Assembly: GCF_009914755.1 (NCBI RefSeq)
Contig: NC_060937.1
Source of the DNA: the human T2T-CHM13v2.0 reference genome, Homo sapiens
DNA length: 64,000 nucleotides
Direction: 5' to 3' (one strand)
A program made the position numbers and the translations under genes. Below the pieces are notes generated by a model. It did no database searches. It saw nothing but the letters and a program-made list of their open reading frames with translations, and had not been told where the DNA came from. This document shows, piece by piece, positions 1-54,499 of the stretch. How positions within the stretch are numbered: position 1 is the stretch's first letter; each line of letters opens with the position of its first letter.

Positions 1-1672
1 GGTGGTTCAGTTGCTGCTTGTTTCTCTGAGCATATGGAGAAAAAAAAGAAAAAAAAACAAAGAGAGAAAAAGCCACTCTGTAGCTACTGCCACAACTTTT
101 TTTTTTTTTCCTTTTTAGAACTACGCTAGTGTTAGTGCTGGACACTACAAGGCTCTTGGGGTAAAGTAGTGAATTAGATACAATATTTCTGCCTTCAGGA
201 TGCTTACATATTCATAGTTGAGATAGGGACAAATGAGCAAGCAAGCAAGTCACAGTTCAGTTAAGAGCTGACAGGTTTATGAACTGAGTTCCATAGGAGT
301 TTTTCAAATTTATTTTAATTTTTCTGATCATATGCTGCATGATCTGTAAGAGTTCTTAAGGGAGGGAGTCCCAGGTGCTCAACTTTTGGGCAGATGGCCA
401 GGTAAATCTGAATTTGCCAGGTACATGTTTTTCTGGAAATAGAATCAACTTTCTTACCCACAAAGGCATTGTGTAACTGGGTGACTGATTCACATGGTGT
501 TCACCCCTGCATGTTGTTTCAAAAATGTGATTGAGTACAAGTAAGGTCAGTTTTTACATTCCTCTTCTTGGCTTTGCCACTCTTGCCTTTTACTTCTGTG
601 CACATCCAAGAATGTCCTTAACACTAGACTGCTGTAAGCTCATATTATACAGGTGAAATTTTCTAGCGTCTTAGCCTGTTATTCCTTCTGTTCCTACGTA
701 TCACCTAGGTAAGGAGGAAATCTAGGAGCAAAAGATAAAGGCAGTTCTTCCCCCTATTTCTCTGTAATACCTTCATATTTCATTTAATGTAACCCTACTG
801 CTAATTACTTATTACAGTCTCATGAACTATGCGTAAGGATATATCTTTTGACCCTGAGGTAGAGCACAAAAGCACATGTTTCTTATGACTTATTTTCATC
901 TTTCATATTTCACAAAGTGCAAGCTAGATAGAACATTATTTTTAACTTTTGAAATTGCAACTTAAATTTATGTCAGTTATGACAGCATACATAGTAGTAC
1001 TTTTCTGATAGTTCCAGGATGATTTATGTCACCACTTGGTGGAGCTCTTTTATAAGTAAGTGCATTGTTTAAAAAAGCGAGTATAAGTTGTCACTAATTA
1101 GGGGTTATCATTAGATTGGTTCAAATGAACTCAACTAAATGATGGTATAATTGGTAATCTCTTCAAGTACTGAGTGTAGATTTTGTTTTAAACTGTAATG
1201 TATGTGATTAAAATTTTGATAAAGATTTTTCTCGAGTATTTCTAATTTTTCTCTCTCCTGCTTTATGTAAATGTAGCACTTATTGACTTTTCTCCTATTT
1301 TACAATTGTAGATAATTTAAAAAATGTATGCAGGATTAATAAGGAAAATGAAAACTGTTCGTAATCCTACCATGTAGAGATAATCGTGAACATTTTAATA
1401 TATATTTTCATTTTCTCTTCTTTTTTGTTTTTTCACAAAATTGGAATCAAAATATGTGCAGAACTTTTTATTCTGTTTTTTTCTTAACGTTATATGTTGG
1501 GTATTTTTACATATCCCTTTAATATTCCTTGAAACTGTTTTGGGTTTTTATATTATTCTATGATATAGCTCTATCACAATATGTTTAACCATTCTGTTTT
1601 AAGATTTTTAGGCTCTTCCTACTATTTTTGCTATTATAAATAACTTTTCAAACATCTATTACACTAAATCTT

Positions 1673-1759
1673 TTTTTAATTTTTAAGTTTTGTGGGTACA
1701 TATCAAGTGTACACATTTATGGGACATATGAAATGCCCTGATGCAGGCATGCAGTTCTG
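1673..1759 (-). mobile_element. Very short 5'-truncated L1 (L1MA-like) 3' end with target-site duplication
   Basis: T-tail then gtgggtacatatcaagtgtacacatttatggg; flanked by ttacactaaatctt (1659-1672) and ttactctaaatctt (1760-1773). Confidence 0.65.
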
Positions 1760-1877
1760 TTACTCTAAATCTTGACTCAACTCTATTTTTACTTGTTAAA
1801 TTCTTAGCTATAAAACTGAGGTATTTTAAGGATTTTTATGTACCTTAACAAAATGTCCTTCAATTGACATTATTCTC

Positions 1878-1907
1878 AAATATGTTTGTTGAAAATATGT
1901 TTGTTGA
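1878..1907. repeat. Perfect 15-bp tandem duplication (AAATATGTTTGTTGA)x2
   Basis: Read directly from sequence. Confidence 0.9.
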
Positions 1908-2119
1908 AAGTACCTTTTTTTTTTTGCAAAGTGCTTGTTCTTTGCCCATTTTCCCCCCATTTTTTGTTCTTTTTTTGGTGTGTGTGGGGGAATTGTTTTG
2001 GCTAGGTAAGAATTACTTTTCTTCTGTTTCAACAATTTTTAAAGTGCTATCCTGAGTCCTTTTCATAATTTTCAAGAAAACACATCAGTTACAGATTTTA
2101 GGTTGCAAATTGTTGTTGG

Positions 2120-4064
<1,945 letters not shown>

Positions 4065-4100
4065 TTAGTTGATGCAGTTTCTTCCTAGCCTCGATGGTCT

Positions 4101-5114
4101 TTACAATTTGGCATGTTTTTGCAGTGGCTGGTACCAGCTGTTCCTTTCCATGTTTAGTGCTTCCTTCAGGAGCTCTTGTAAGGCAGGCCTGGTGGTGACA
4201 AAATGTCTCAGCATTTGTTTGCCTGTGAAGGATTTTATTTCTCCTTCACTTATGAAGCCTAGTTTGGCTGGATATGAAATTCTGGGTTGAAAATTCTTTT
4301 CTTTAAGAATGTTGAATATTGGCCCCCACTCTCTTCTGGCTTGTAGAGTTTCTGCTGAGAGATCCACTGTTAGTCTGATGGGCTTCCCTTTGTGGGTAAC
4401 CCTACCTTTCTCTCTGGCTGCCTTAACATTTTTTCCTTCATTTCAACTTTGGTGAATCTGACAATTATGTGTCCTGGAGTTGCTCTTCTCGAGGAGTATC
4501 TTTGTGGCATTCTCTGTATTTCCTGAATTTGAGTGTTGGCCTGCCTTGCTAGGTTGGGGAAGTTCTCCTGTATAATATCCTGCAGAGTGTTTTCCAACTT
4601 GGTTCCATTCTCCCTGTCACTTTCAGGTACACCAATCAGATGTAGATTTGGTCTTTTCACAGAGTCCGGTATTTCTTGTAGGCTTTATTTGTTTCTTTTT
4701 ACTCTTTTTTCTCTAAACTTCTCTTCTTGCTTCATTTCATTCATTTGATCTTCCATCACTGATACCCTTTCTTCCAGTTGATCGAATCAGCTGCTGAAGC
4801 TTGTGCATTCATCACGTAGTTCTCGTGCCATGGTTTTCAGCTCCATCAGGTTATTTAAGGACTTCTCTACACTGGTTATTCTAGTTGGCCAGTTGTCTAA
4901 TCTTTTTTCAAGGTTTTTAGCTTCTTTATGTTGGGTTAGAACTTCCTTCTTTAGCTCGGAGAAGTTTGATCATCTGAAGCCTTCTTCTTTCAAATCGTCA
5001 AAGTCATTCTCCATCCAGCTTTGTTCCGTTGCTAGCGAGGAGCTGCGTTCCTTTGGAGGGGGAGAGGCACTCTGATTTTTAGAATTTTCAGCTTTTCTGC
5101 TGTTTTTTCCCCAT
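4101..5114 (-). pseudogene. Disrupted L1 ORF1
   Basis: ATGGGGAAAAAACA start at 5114; recognisable ORF1p pieces in different ORFs (4370..4660, 4101..4367) show frameshift/stop damage. Confidence 0.9.
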
Positions 5115-6128
5115 CTTTGTGGTTTTATCTACCTTTGGTCTTTGATGATGGTGACGTACAGATGGGGGTATGGTGTGGATGTCGTTTCTGTTTGTTAGTT
5201 TTCCTTCTAACAGGACCCTCAGCTGCAGGTCTGTTGGAGTTTGCTGGAGGTTGACTCCAGACCCTGTTTGCCTGGGTATCAGCAGTGGAGGCTGCAGAAC
5301 AGTGAATATTGCTGAACAGCAGATGTTGCTACCTGATCGTTCCTCTGGAAGCTTCGTCTCAGAGGGGTACTCAGCTGCGTGTGGTGTTAGTCTGCCCCTA
5401 GTGGGGTGTGCCTCCCAGTTAGGCTACTCAGGGGTCAGGGACCCACTTGAGGAGGCAGTCTGTCCATTCTCAGATCTCAAACTTCATGCTGGGAGAACCA
5501 CTACGCTCTTCAAAGCTGTCAGACAGGGACATTTAAGTCTGCAGAGGTTTCTGCTGCCTTTTGTTCGGCTATGCCCTGCCCCCAGAGGTGGAGTCTACAG
5601 AGGCAGGCAGGCCTCCTTGACCTGCGGTGGGCTCCACCCAGTTCAAGCTTCCTGGCCGCTTTGTTTACCTACTCAAGCTTCAGCAATGGCGGGCGCCCCT
5701 CTCCTAGCCTCGCTACTGCCTTGCAGTTTGATCTCAGACTGCTGTGCTAGCAATGAGCGAGGCTCCGTGGGTGTGGGACCCTCCGAGCCAGGCACAGGAT
5801 ATAATCTCCTGGTGTGCTGTTTGCTGAGACCATTGGAAAAGCGCAGTATTAGGGTGGGAGTGACCCGATTTTCCAGGTGCCATCTGTCACAGCTTCCCTT
5901 GGCTAGGAAAGGGAATTCCGTGACCCCCTGTGCTTCCCAGGTGAGGTGATGCCTCGCCCTGCTTTGGCTCACACTTGGTTGGCTGCACTCACTTTCCTGC
6001 ACCCACTGTCTGACAAGCCCCAGTGAGATGAACCTGGTACCTCAGTTGGAAATGCAAAAATCACCTGTCTTCTGCATCGCTCACACTGGGAGCTGTAGAC
6101 TGGAGCTTTTCCTATTCGGCCATCTTCT
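5115..6128. promoter_or_regulatory. L1 5'UTR bidirectional promoter region (sense promoter fires -, antisense promoter fires + toward RB1 exon 3)
   Basis: Complete 5'UTR; YY1 core ggccatctt at 6118-6126; many CpGs decayed, so activity uncertain. Confidence 0.6.
5686..5949 (+). CDS. L1 ORF0 homologue (87 aa), open, in the antisense 5'UTR
   Basis: gcaATGG Kozak; MAGAPLLASLLPCSLISDCCASNERGSVGVGPSEPG...IRVGVTRFSRC matches the primate L1 ORF0 peptide; it is the C-terminal part of ORF 5170..5949. Expression unknown. Confidence 0.75.
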   Translation: MAGAPLLASLLPCSLISDCCASNERGSVGVGPSEPGTGYNLLVCCLLRPLEKRSIRVGVTRFSRCHLSQLPLARKGNSVTPCASQVR

Positions 6129-6199
6129 AGTCTTTAATTTTTCATCTGTATGATGAGAAGTGAATCCAATGACTTTTTTAGATTGAAAAATTTTGAATC

Positions 6200-6680
6200 A
6201 AACTCAACTAAAATGAACAAAATATATGAAACTACAATAATGAAGACGTTATGATATTGGTGAAAAAAGACAAGTAAATCAATGGAACAGAACAGATAAT
6301 CCAGAAGTAGACCCACATATATATATTATTATAAGTTCATTTTCTACAGAGGTGCGAAGGTAATGGAGGAAGGATATTCTTCTCAACAAATAATGCTGGA
6401 GCAATTGGGTATCCAAATGCAGAAAATGAACTTCAATCCTTACCTCACACCATTTATAAAAACTAACCAGAAATGAAGCATAGACCTAAACTTCTAGAAG
6501 ATGACATAGGAGAAAGTCTTAATGAGCTTGGGTTAGGCAAAGATTTCATAAATACCTACCACTGAAAACATAACCCATAAAAGAAAAAAAATGAATAAAT
6601 TGAGCTTAATCAAAATTAAAAACTTCTATTCCTTGAAATATACTTCTTATGGAAGTCAAAACACAAGCTGCATCTGAAAT
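6200..6680 (+). mobile_element. Old L1M ORF2 3' fragment
   Basis: caatggaacagaacagataatccagaagtagacccaca and ttacctcacaccatttataaaaactaac are degraded L1 ORF2 motifs. Confidence 0.7.
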
Positions 6681-7234
6681 AAAGGTTACATTTTGCTCAT
6701 AGGAAAGTTCTTCAGGTCCTTAAAAATCAGAACCTACTTGTAGAACATTTCACTTATGCATTTTATCATATCAGATGATCCTGTGTTTCATTGTTTTGAC
6801 TACTAAATGTTCTAATAAAATTCGCTGTTTTAAAAAAATGAATAAACAACATACTAAATTTTAGCAACTTTCGCTTCATTTTTTAATCTTTAAAAGAGAG
6901 AGAGAGAAAAAAAAAAAGGCTGGAATTGATGAAAGGACATATATTGAGAGCAGTTATTGCCTGAGTGCAAAGAAGCAAACCAAAATGGTAAGAAATAAGC
7001 ATAAAAATTTAAAGACTATGGTAGTTGGGGTTATTTATTAAAGAGACAAACAACCTTTGACATCTTATTAGTTCCCAAGAAATTGACCATATTAACATAA
7101 ACACAAATACAGAAGTTGATTTTTGTTCATTTTATTAAAATATATATTTTTAATTAGTCTTGAAAACAGTGAAGCAGTGTATACTTTGTATCTTCAATTT
7201 CAGAAACAGTAAGTATGTAACATAGTTTCAAAAT

Positions 7235-7940
7235 CAGATTTATTGAGGTATAATTTACATACACAAAATATGCCAATTTTAAGTGCACAGTTCAATACGT
7301 TTTAACAGACATATTCACTCATATAATCACCACCATTAAGATATAGAACTTTTTGATCACTCCAGAAAGTTCTTTCATTCCCCTTTGCAGTCATTTCCCA
7401 ACACCTCCCCTCTGTTCCGCAGGCAACTACAGATCTACTTTTTGACTTTAAAGATTGGTTTTGCCTTTTCTAGAATTTCATATGAAAGGAATTATTCAAT
7501 GCATCCTTTTGAGTCTGGCTTTTTCTCAGTGTAATAATTTTGAGATTTATCTATATTGTTATATATATTAGGACATTTCCTTTTGATTTTCAAATAACAT
7601 TCCATTGTAGGGATATACCCCAATTTATTTTTCCATGCACTTCTTTTTTTTTTATATTTGGGTTGTTTGTAGTTTTTGGCCATTATGACTGAAGCTGCTA
7701 TGAACATTCACATATAATGTTTTCATTTCTCTTGGGTATGAATATCTGGGAGTAGAATTGCTATGTGTTATGAAAAGTGCATATTTAACTTTATAAGAAC
7801 TTCCAAACTTGTTTTCCAAAATGATTGTGCCATTTTACATTTTCACCAGTGATGTTTAAGTGTTCCATTGCACTACATCCTCACTGACCCTTGATATTGT
7901 CAGTCTTTTACATTTTAGCTATTCTAGTGGGTGTATAATT
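7235..7940 (-). mobile_element. L1MB/ME-type 3' end
   Basis: tttattgaggtataatttacatac...aagtgcacagttcaat; ORF 7492..7707 MFIAASVIMAKNYKQPK is L1 ORF2 C-terminus-like. Confidence 0.75.
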
Positions 7941-8309
7941 GTAATTTAAGTTGTAAAATATTTACATCCCAAGTAGCTAAAATTAAGAAAAAGTTTAGAG
8001 TTGGATGGTGGTAAACCTTTAATTACCTGTAAAATTTGGTAATCTGGAACAACTCACTTATCCTAAAGCTTTTATATAATTGATATTTCAAAATAATGTA
8101 AGATGGTATTACATGCTTTTTAGCTCTATTGTAATCTCCAGTTAAGAGTAAGTAAATAGTTCCAACTATTTAATGAACATTAATTTGACATTTCTTTTGT
8201 TTCCAACTTAATGTAATCCAAAATTACCCATAAAATGTAATATTTAGGGGTGGTATATATTGTGGGGAAAAATGTGTTCTAAAGATAATGAAAAAGTACT
8301 CTAGTGATA

Positions 8310-8465
8310 ATGATAGCCATCAATCATTAAGAACTGACTGTATACTATATACTATGCCAAAGGCTTTATAAATATAATTTCATTTAATTGTTACAAAATG
8401 GGGTACATATTCTTATTTTGATTTTACAAAGACAGTTAAGGAACTGAAACATGAAATACAAGGTT
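8310..8465 (-). mobile_element. MIR fragment
   Basis: tttcatttaat...ttttacaaa...aactgaaac...aggttaa resembles the MIR core. Confidence 0.45.
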
Positions 8466-8857
8466 AAAAATAATTGAATAAATAAATTGATAAAAGGAAT
8501 GAATGAATAGAGCAAGGAAAGAATAAGCGAATAAGAACGTGGGCTTGTTTTTTTCAAACAAATTATATGTTATGGACTCTAGATCTCTTAACTTAGCTTC
8601 AGTGACATTGGATTATTGAAAAATGAAACTATTTTGAGGAATTGACTGACCCCTAAAGTTTCCACAATAACTTATTTAATTTTTTATCTTTCTAATACTT
8701 TTTTGCCTTATAATATAAAATTTGAATGTTTGTTATTAGTGTGAAATGAAATCCTTTCAAATATATGCCATCAGAAGGATGTGTTACAAATATACAGTAT
8801 TACAAACATTTATTTTGTATGCTGAATAAGAAAAAATCAGTTATAATACAGTTTTAA

Positions 8858-47770
<38,913 letters not shown>

Positions 47771-48019
47771 TAAATAATTGAAGAAATTCATTCATGTGCA
47801 TATGGCTAACAAATTATTGTTAGTGAGAGGTGTTTCTTAACATCTACCTCAAGAACAAATAGGGAATTTAATGAATAATGTTATTTCAGTCTATAGCCCA
47901 AGGATCAAGTGGAATATTAGAATGGAGCTTTAATCGAGCACCCTAAACCATCTAATACAGCACAGTGATTTATTTAAGAATAGCTTTTCTTAAAACATGC
48001 CACTTTAAAACAAAACGGA

Positions 48020-49352
48020 TTTTTTTTTTATACTTTAAGTTCTAGGGTACATGTGCACAACGTGCAGGTTTGTTACATATGTATACATGTGCCATATTGG
48101 TGTGCTGCACCCATTAACTTGTCATTTACATTAGATATATCTCCTAATGCTATCCCTCCCTCCTCTCCCTACCCCATGACAGGCCCCAGTGTGTGATGTT
48201 CCCCACCCTGTGTCCACGTGTTATTGTTCATTTCCCACCTATGAGTGAGAACATGCAGTGTTTGGTTTTCTGTCTTGGCAATAGTTTGCTCAGAATGATG
48301 GTTTCCAGCTTCATCCATGTCCCTACAAAGGACATGAACTCATCCTTTTTTATGGCTGCATAGTATATATGTGCCACATATTCCATGGTATATATGTGCC
48401 ACATTTTCTTACTCCAGTCTATTATTGTTGGACATTTGGGTTGCTTCCAAGTCTTTGCTATTGTGAATAGTGCCACAATAAACATACGTGTGCATGTGTC
48501 TTTATAGCAGCATGATTTATAATCCTTTGGGTATATACCCAGTAATGAGATGGCTGGGTCAAATGCTATTTTTGGTTTTAGATCCTTGAGGAATCGCCAC
48601 ACTGTTGAACTAGTTTACAGTCCCACCAACAGTGTAAAAGTGTTCCTATTTCTTCACATCCTCTCCAGCATCTGTTGTTTCCTGACTTTTTAATGATCGC
48701 CATTCTAACTGGTGTGAGATGGTATTTCATTGTGGTTTTGATTTGCATTTCTCTGATGGCCAGTGATGATGAGCATTTTTTCATGTGTCTTTTGGCTGCA
48801 TAAATGTCTTCTTTTGAGAAGTGTCTGTTCATATCTTTCACCCACTTTTTGATGGGGTTGATTTTTTCTTGTAAATTTGTTTGAGTTCTTTGTAGATTCT
48901 GGATATTAGCCCTTTGTCAGATGGGTAGATTGTAAAAGTTTTCTCCCATTCTGTAGGTTGCCTGTTCACTCTGATCGTAGTTTCTTTTGCTGTGCAGAAG
49001 CTCTTTAGTTTAATTAGATCCCATTTGTCAATTTTGGCTTTTGTTGCTATTGCTTTTGGTGTTTTAGTCATGAAGTCCTTGCCCATGCCGATGTCCTGAA
49101 TGGTATTGCCTAGGTTTTCTTCTAGGGTTTTTATGGTTTTAGGTCTAACATTTAAGTCTTTAATCCATCTTGAATTAATTTTTGTATAAGATGTAAGGAA
49201 GGGATCCAGTTTCAGCTTTCTACATATGGCTGGCCAGTTTTCCCAGCACCATTTATTAAATAGGGAATCCTTTCTCCATTTCTTGTTTTTGTCAGGTTTG
49301 TCAAAGATCAGATGGTTGTAGATGTGTGGTATTATTTCTGAGGGCCCTGTTC
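48020..49352 (-). mobile_element. 5'-truncated L1PA 3' end (~1.3 kb), intron 17
   Basis: T-tail, 3'UTR, ORF2 C-terminal fragments (48228..49086, CWWDC motif); degenerate TSD aaa(a/c)caaaac. Confidence 0.95.
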
Positions 49353-52241
49353 TAAACCAAAACAGAATTCTTTAAAGTATTTAGATAATTTATTTAAAGT
49401 ACAGTTGTTATATATTTGAAAATGCAAATGTCTGCTCTTAAATTGTGAGATTATGCTATTTAGATTATTAAAAAGTGCATTTTTTTCTTGTTAAATATAG
49501 TAGGATTCATTTTTTCCCATTATTAAAGTATAAAAATGTATACTATTGTTCAATTATAGGTATTGGTTCAATCAATATAGGGGCACAAATTATATTGTCT
49601 AGGATTCTCTTTATAGCATTATAACTATTGATAAGGCTTTTGTTTTAATAAAAGTGGCAACTTGAGGTTATGCTCTTCAAATCAACATAGTTGGATAATA
49701 CTTTGTGAATCATCAGTTTTGTAAATTAATGGTTTCTTTTGAAACTATGTTGCATGCTAAGTATATATCTTTTAATTTGTATCAGTATATAGAAGTGGTA
49801 ATTAAAAAATTAAGACTTTAGGTATGCCATAATCCTAATTTGCACATGTAACCTTAGTTTTAATTTCCTTACGTTTTGAATTTTTAATGACTAAGCGATA
49901 ATTTATTTCTTAGTGTTTTCTTGTATTGCCATATAGACAGAGTGAATAGAGGAGAGAAACATGGGAAATTGATAGAAGAATGTTACACTCCTATTATTGA
50001 ATTTCATAACTACTTATGGAATGAATTTACACTTGATAAGGAGTACTTAGAAGAAAACTTTCTGAATCTGGGTAATTAAGTGAAAGTAAAAATAAATAGA
50101 TAAGTAAATAAAATAAGCACATAGAGTACTTTTTAAAGGCTTATGTGTCCTCTCCTCCCAGAAATTGATATTGAGATATTCCTGTATCATCTGAAAGTGA
50201 CTATTGTTATTTCTTTTAGAGAATTAATTTTATTTCTATCAACACATATTTATTGAACATACGCCATATGCCTTGAATTGAGAGAGATACTGTGAAGATA
50301 CAAAAAAGATAAAGGCTTGGAAAATTGTGGAGGATGTAATAGAAATTTACTGTTTAAAAATTGTTTGTACTCAAGCCTGTTTAGCTCAGTTATTTAGGGC
50401 TTCTAAACAATATTCCTTTATTTTTGAGAATTTTTGGAGAAAAAGTGACAAGCCCCAAATCTGGAAAAGAGTATGATTGATTTACAATAGGAGATGTGGA
50501 AGTCATAAGCCTCTGAATTTAAATATTAAATGTAGTATCTCTGGCAGATGAAACTATAGAGGACTTTTATTTAGTCATATATTTTTAGTGTTTGAGTCTT
50601 ATATTACATTTTTAATCATAAAAACCTTGAGTGGTAGTGGATAACTTTGTGAAGATAAGTTATGCCACACAAACAGGATACTGTGTATTTTTCCTGTGAG
50701 AATAATTGACATTATAGAGAAGGGATATGGCATAGATACATTTGCGTTTTCACAGACTTTTTTTTAAAATTTGAAATATAACACATATTAAGAAAAGTAT
50801 ATATCTCAAGTGACAGTTTGGTGAATTTGTCACAAATTGAACACATCCGTGTAAACAACACCCAGATAAAGGCCCAGAGCAAGCTTTCATAGTCTTTTGA
50901 TTCTGTGTCATAATAAAAAATTCTCGTTAAAACTGTAGATTGATAGGAACATATTCACACAGAGTTGTTGACTGAGGGAAATTTCAAATGAGGTGCTGCT
51001 TACTTCTCTCCTGCCAATAATTTAATGAAAGAAAGAACATCATCTTATTTTTAATGGTTGTGTGGGGAACTGGGTTCAGCATTTTTGCTTGACAGCCTTG
51101 AGATAAAATAAATCCATAAGGAAAAAGCCCACTTCTGTTTCTTTTCATCCCAGAGAGATTAATGGGCAATATATGAGTGTAAGATACTGGAAAAGTCTGT
51201 TGAGAAACCTAGTGAAATCTCATTCTCTGAAAAGTTGGGGGATTACAGGTGCTATCGAATGCATCATACCTAAGGGTTAGATGAAATGACTTCCAAGAGT
51301 TTGGCCCTATTAAATCTGTTAAGAGGTTTATAATGCCAGCAGGTGATGAAATGAAATTTGGATGCCTTAGTTTCAGTATTTTCAGAATTTATCATATTTT
51401 TTCAATAAATGTTTATAAATCAAAGTATGTCAGATGCTTTATTCCCTATATGATCTGTCTTTCCTGGACTATTCTGGACTCTTCCTATTGATCTCTCATT
51501 TGCTACCTTGAGACCATTTCTCTCACAGCAGCCAGAGAAATCTGCTCATAATGTAAATCTCATCATGCTAATTCCTCAGGTAAAAAACCTCCTGTGGAGG
51601 ACATATTCATCTGGTAATGTTGGAAGAAGACCCTACCATATGGCTTTCTGCAAAAAAGACCACTATACTACCTGTTTGGAATACAAAAAGTAACTGACTG
51701 AAATTACTGGACAGGAAGAACAGATGCTAGTTGAGAAAGAGAAGAGGGGAGCTGGGAGCCTGAGGAGAAGGCTTTTAGTCTAGGGCTAAGTGCAGTAGGT
51801 ATAGGGAAGGACAGTAAGGTAGGGCAGGGATGTCAGTGGGAAAACTATGGGTCTCTTCACCAGGAAAACTGGAAAATTGAAGCTAGGGAAACCTTGGCCA
51901 CTGAAGAGAGTGGAAGAATCCTGCAAGGGAAAGAGCCAAGAAAGGGTACCCAGATTCTGTCTGAAATCTGAATAATTCCTGTGTGTCACAGACTCAGAGC
52001 AGCCAAATGAAGGGCAAAAGATCTGAACTGAAACTGGAGTTGCTGCCCAATAAACAGAACAGTTCAAGTTAAGCAAAGATAATTGCTTCTTACAACAAAA
52101 CCATTCTCATTTTAGAAAAATAACAGAATTTAGGATCTTCACAATGTAACATTTATGATGTTCAGGATACAGTTCTAAAATTATCCAGCATAGAAAGAAG
52201 GTCAAAGAAACCAAATGCTGGTTTATAGAATAGGAGCTTTA

Positions 52242-52484
52242 GGCCAGGTGTGTGGTGCACACCTAATCCCAGCATTTTGGGAGGCTGAGGTGGGAGGATC
52301 ATTTGAGCCCAGAAGTTCAAGACCAGCCTGGGCAACAAAGCAAGACCCCATCTCTTAAAAAAAAAAAAAAAAAAGCTAGGTGTGGTGGCATGGTGGCATG
52401 TTCCTGTGGTCCTAGGTACTTGGGAGGCTGAGGCAACACAGCGAGACTCTGTCTCAAAAAAATAAAAAATAAAAACAAAAAAAC
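52242..52484 (+). mobile_element. AluJ-type with internally deleted right arm
   Basis: TSD tagaat(a/g)ggagcttta at 52226-52241 and 52485-52500; right arm jumps from gaggctgagg to caacacagcgagac. Confidence 0.9.
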
Positions 52485-52514
52485 TAGAATGGGAGCTTTA
52501 AGTTAACTTTGGTT

Positions 52515-52680
52515 AGGCATTGCTAAATGATGGGGATACATTCTAGGAAATACTTCATTTAGGCAACTTTGTCATTGTGTGAACATCATAGAGTGTGCTT
52601 ACACAAACCTAGGTGGTATAGCCTGCTACACATCAGGGTAGGAATAGCCTGTTGCTTCTAGACTACAGACCTGTATGGTA
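52515..52680 (+). mobile_element. Tigger3 5' fragment
   Basis: Similar to 44040-44200 (catagagtgtgcttacacaaacctaggtggtatagcc). Confidence 0.75.
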
Positions 52681-52699
52681 TTTTTTTTTTTAATCTCCA

Positions 52700-54200
52700 C
52701 TCTTGAGTATGTCTTTTTAATATTCAATGTGATGAAACTGAAGTATGTAGAAAGTTGCATACCAAAGTATGATAGCTGTCTTGAGGAAAAATACTTATTT
52801 TATTGGTTGAGTTGTGAACTGAACCCGTCACTCTTTTCGTGAAACACATGTGTTACTTGTAAGACTGATAAGCAATTGTGTTTATTTATGCTTGGGTATG
52901 TGGTAGATTCTTGAAAGTGAACAAAGTGAGCCTGTCATTTCAAAGAAAACAACTGACAGTAAAGGTTGCCAATGATAAATTTTGTGTTTTCAAGTAAAAA
53001 TTAGAATTTTAGAAACTTGTATCCACCACTGAAAGCTTGACAGAGTCCTAATATATAAAATACTTTTCTGATGAAATCGGTGGTGATATCAATGAATGTG
53101 AGAGATTTGTAAACATTTACAAGAAGTACATAATTCAGTGAACCAGTATTTCCAAATGACCAAATACATCGTTATAAAATCATTCACGGGTAAGATATTC
53201 ATTAAAAGTTCAAGATAAACCAATGGATTTTAAAGTCTTAAAATACGAAAAATTTATTTCGGTTCATTGAGATTGTTTCCAGTTCCGCCCTGCAACTAAC
53301 CTTTAAGAAACTATGACTTGTCGAGTTTTGGCGTAGTGTCAGAAAACAGTAACCATAATTATCTGAAAAGGTTATTAAAGTACTCCTCCTCTTTCCATAT
53401 GAGGCCAGATTTTTCTTTGTATACTTCAACCTAAACAGCATATTGCAACAAAGTAAATGTAGAAGCGGATAGGAAAATTCAGCTCTTTGCTGTTATGCCA
53501 GATAGTGAAGACATTCAGAAGATCATAAAACAGTGCTATTGTTCTATCTTTTTTGTTTTGTAGAATATGGTTATTTTTCATTAAAAATTATTTATGTTAA
53601 CATAATGGGTTTATTAAGATAAATATTTTTAAATTTTCTCAAGTTCTTTTGAGCCCTCAACATCCTTTAATGTAAAAAAGCTATTAGCTACTTTATGCTT
53701 CCTAATGGAAGAATATATAACCACCTTGAAAACATGATGTTGAAAGAAGCCAGTCACAGAAAACCACATATTGTATAAATTCATTTATATGAAATGTCCA
53801 CAAGAGGCAATTCAGTAGAGATAGGAAGTAGATTATTGGTTTTCTAAGGCTGGTGGGGAGGACTAGGTGTTTTGAGGATGATGGCTAGAGAGTATGGTTT
53901 TTCTTTTTGAGATAATGAAAATGTTGTAAAATTGACTCATTATTGTAGTCAATTTTATAACACTTTTATCATCTCTGTGAATATACTAAAAACTATTGAA
54001 TTGTACACATTAAATGGGTGAATTGTATAGGATGTAATTTTTTAAATTTCTGTTTTAATTAAATTTTAACTAAATTAAGTTTTAATTACTAACAAAGTAA
54101 ATATTAATAGATTTAACCCACACAAACAAAAGCTTTTGGGGTCCTTAGTAATTTTAAGAATATAAAAGGGTTTTGAGTCCAAAAAGTTTGAGAACCCTTG
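52700..54200 (+). mobile_element. Charlie1-type hAT transposon remnant interrupted by an L1M 3' fragment (~53720-54040)
   Basis: aaacaactgacagta...gttgccaatgataaa and terminal ccaaaaagtttgagaaccc motifs; L1M motif aaagaagccagtcacagaaaaccacatattgta. Confidence 0.65.
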
Positions 54201-54499
54201 CCTGTATTCTCTTCCCCACTCAGACTTGTCTTTCACTCACACAACCATGTTTGTTTTTGCCTGTCCCTGAGTCTTGAAATGCTTTCCTCTGCCTTTTTCT
54301 TGACCAGATTTTAAGGTCCATTTTGCCTTTCCTGATCATCCTAGTCTATAGTCATTCTTCCCTCATTTAGTCTTAAATTGTTTATTATCTATATACTTAA
54401 CTAGTCATTTATAAACTTTGTTTTACTATATGTGCATATCTCATGTTAAATTCATGTAAAGTACTTAAAACAATATCTGACATTGTATTATAAAATGTA

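Noticed and set aside
5170-5685. N-terminal 172 aa of the 259-aa + strand ORF as a novel gene
   Set aside because: It is antisense L1 5'UTR upstream of the ORF0 ATG and likely upstream of the antisense start sites; only the ORF0 part has known support
6675-6860. 3'UTR-like stretch with AATAAA and short A run (possible retrocopy tail)
   Set aside because: No recognisable parent, ORF or TSD; AATAAA is common in AT-rich intron
48361-48404. Duplicated gtatatatgtgccacat in the L1
   Set aside because: Local slippage in a dead element with no evident consequence
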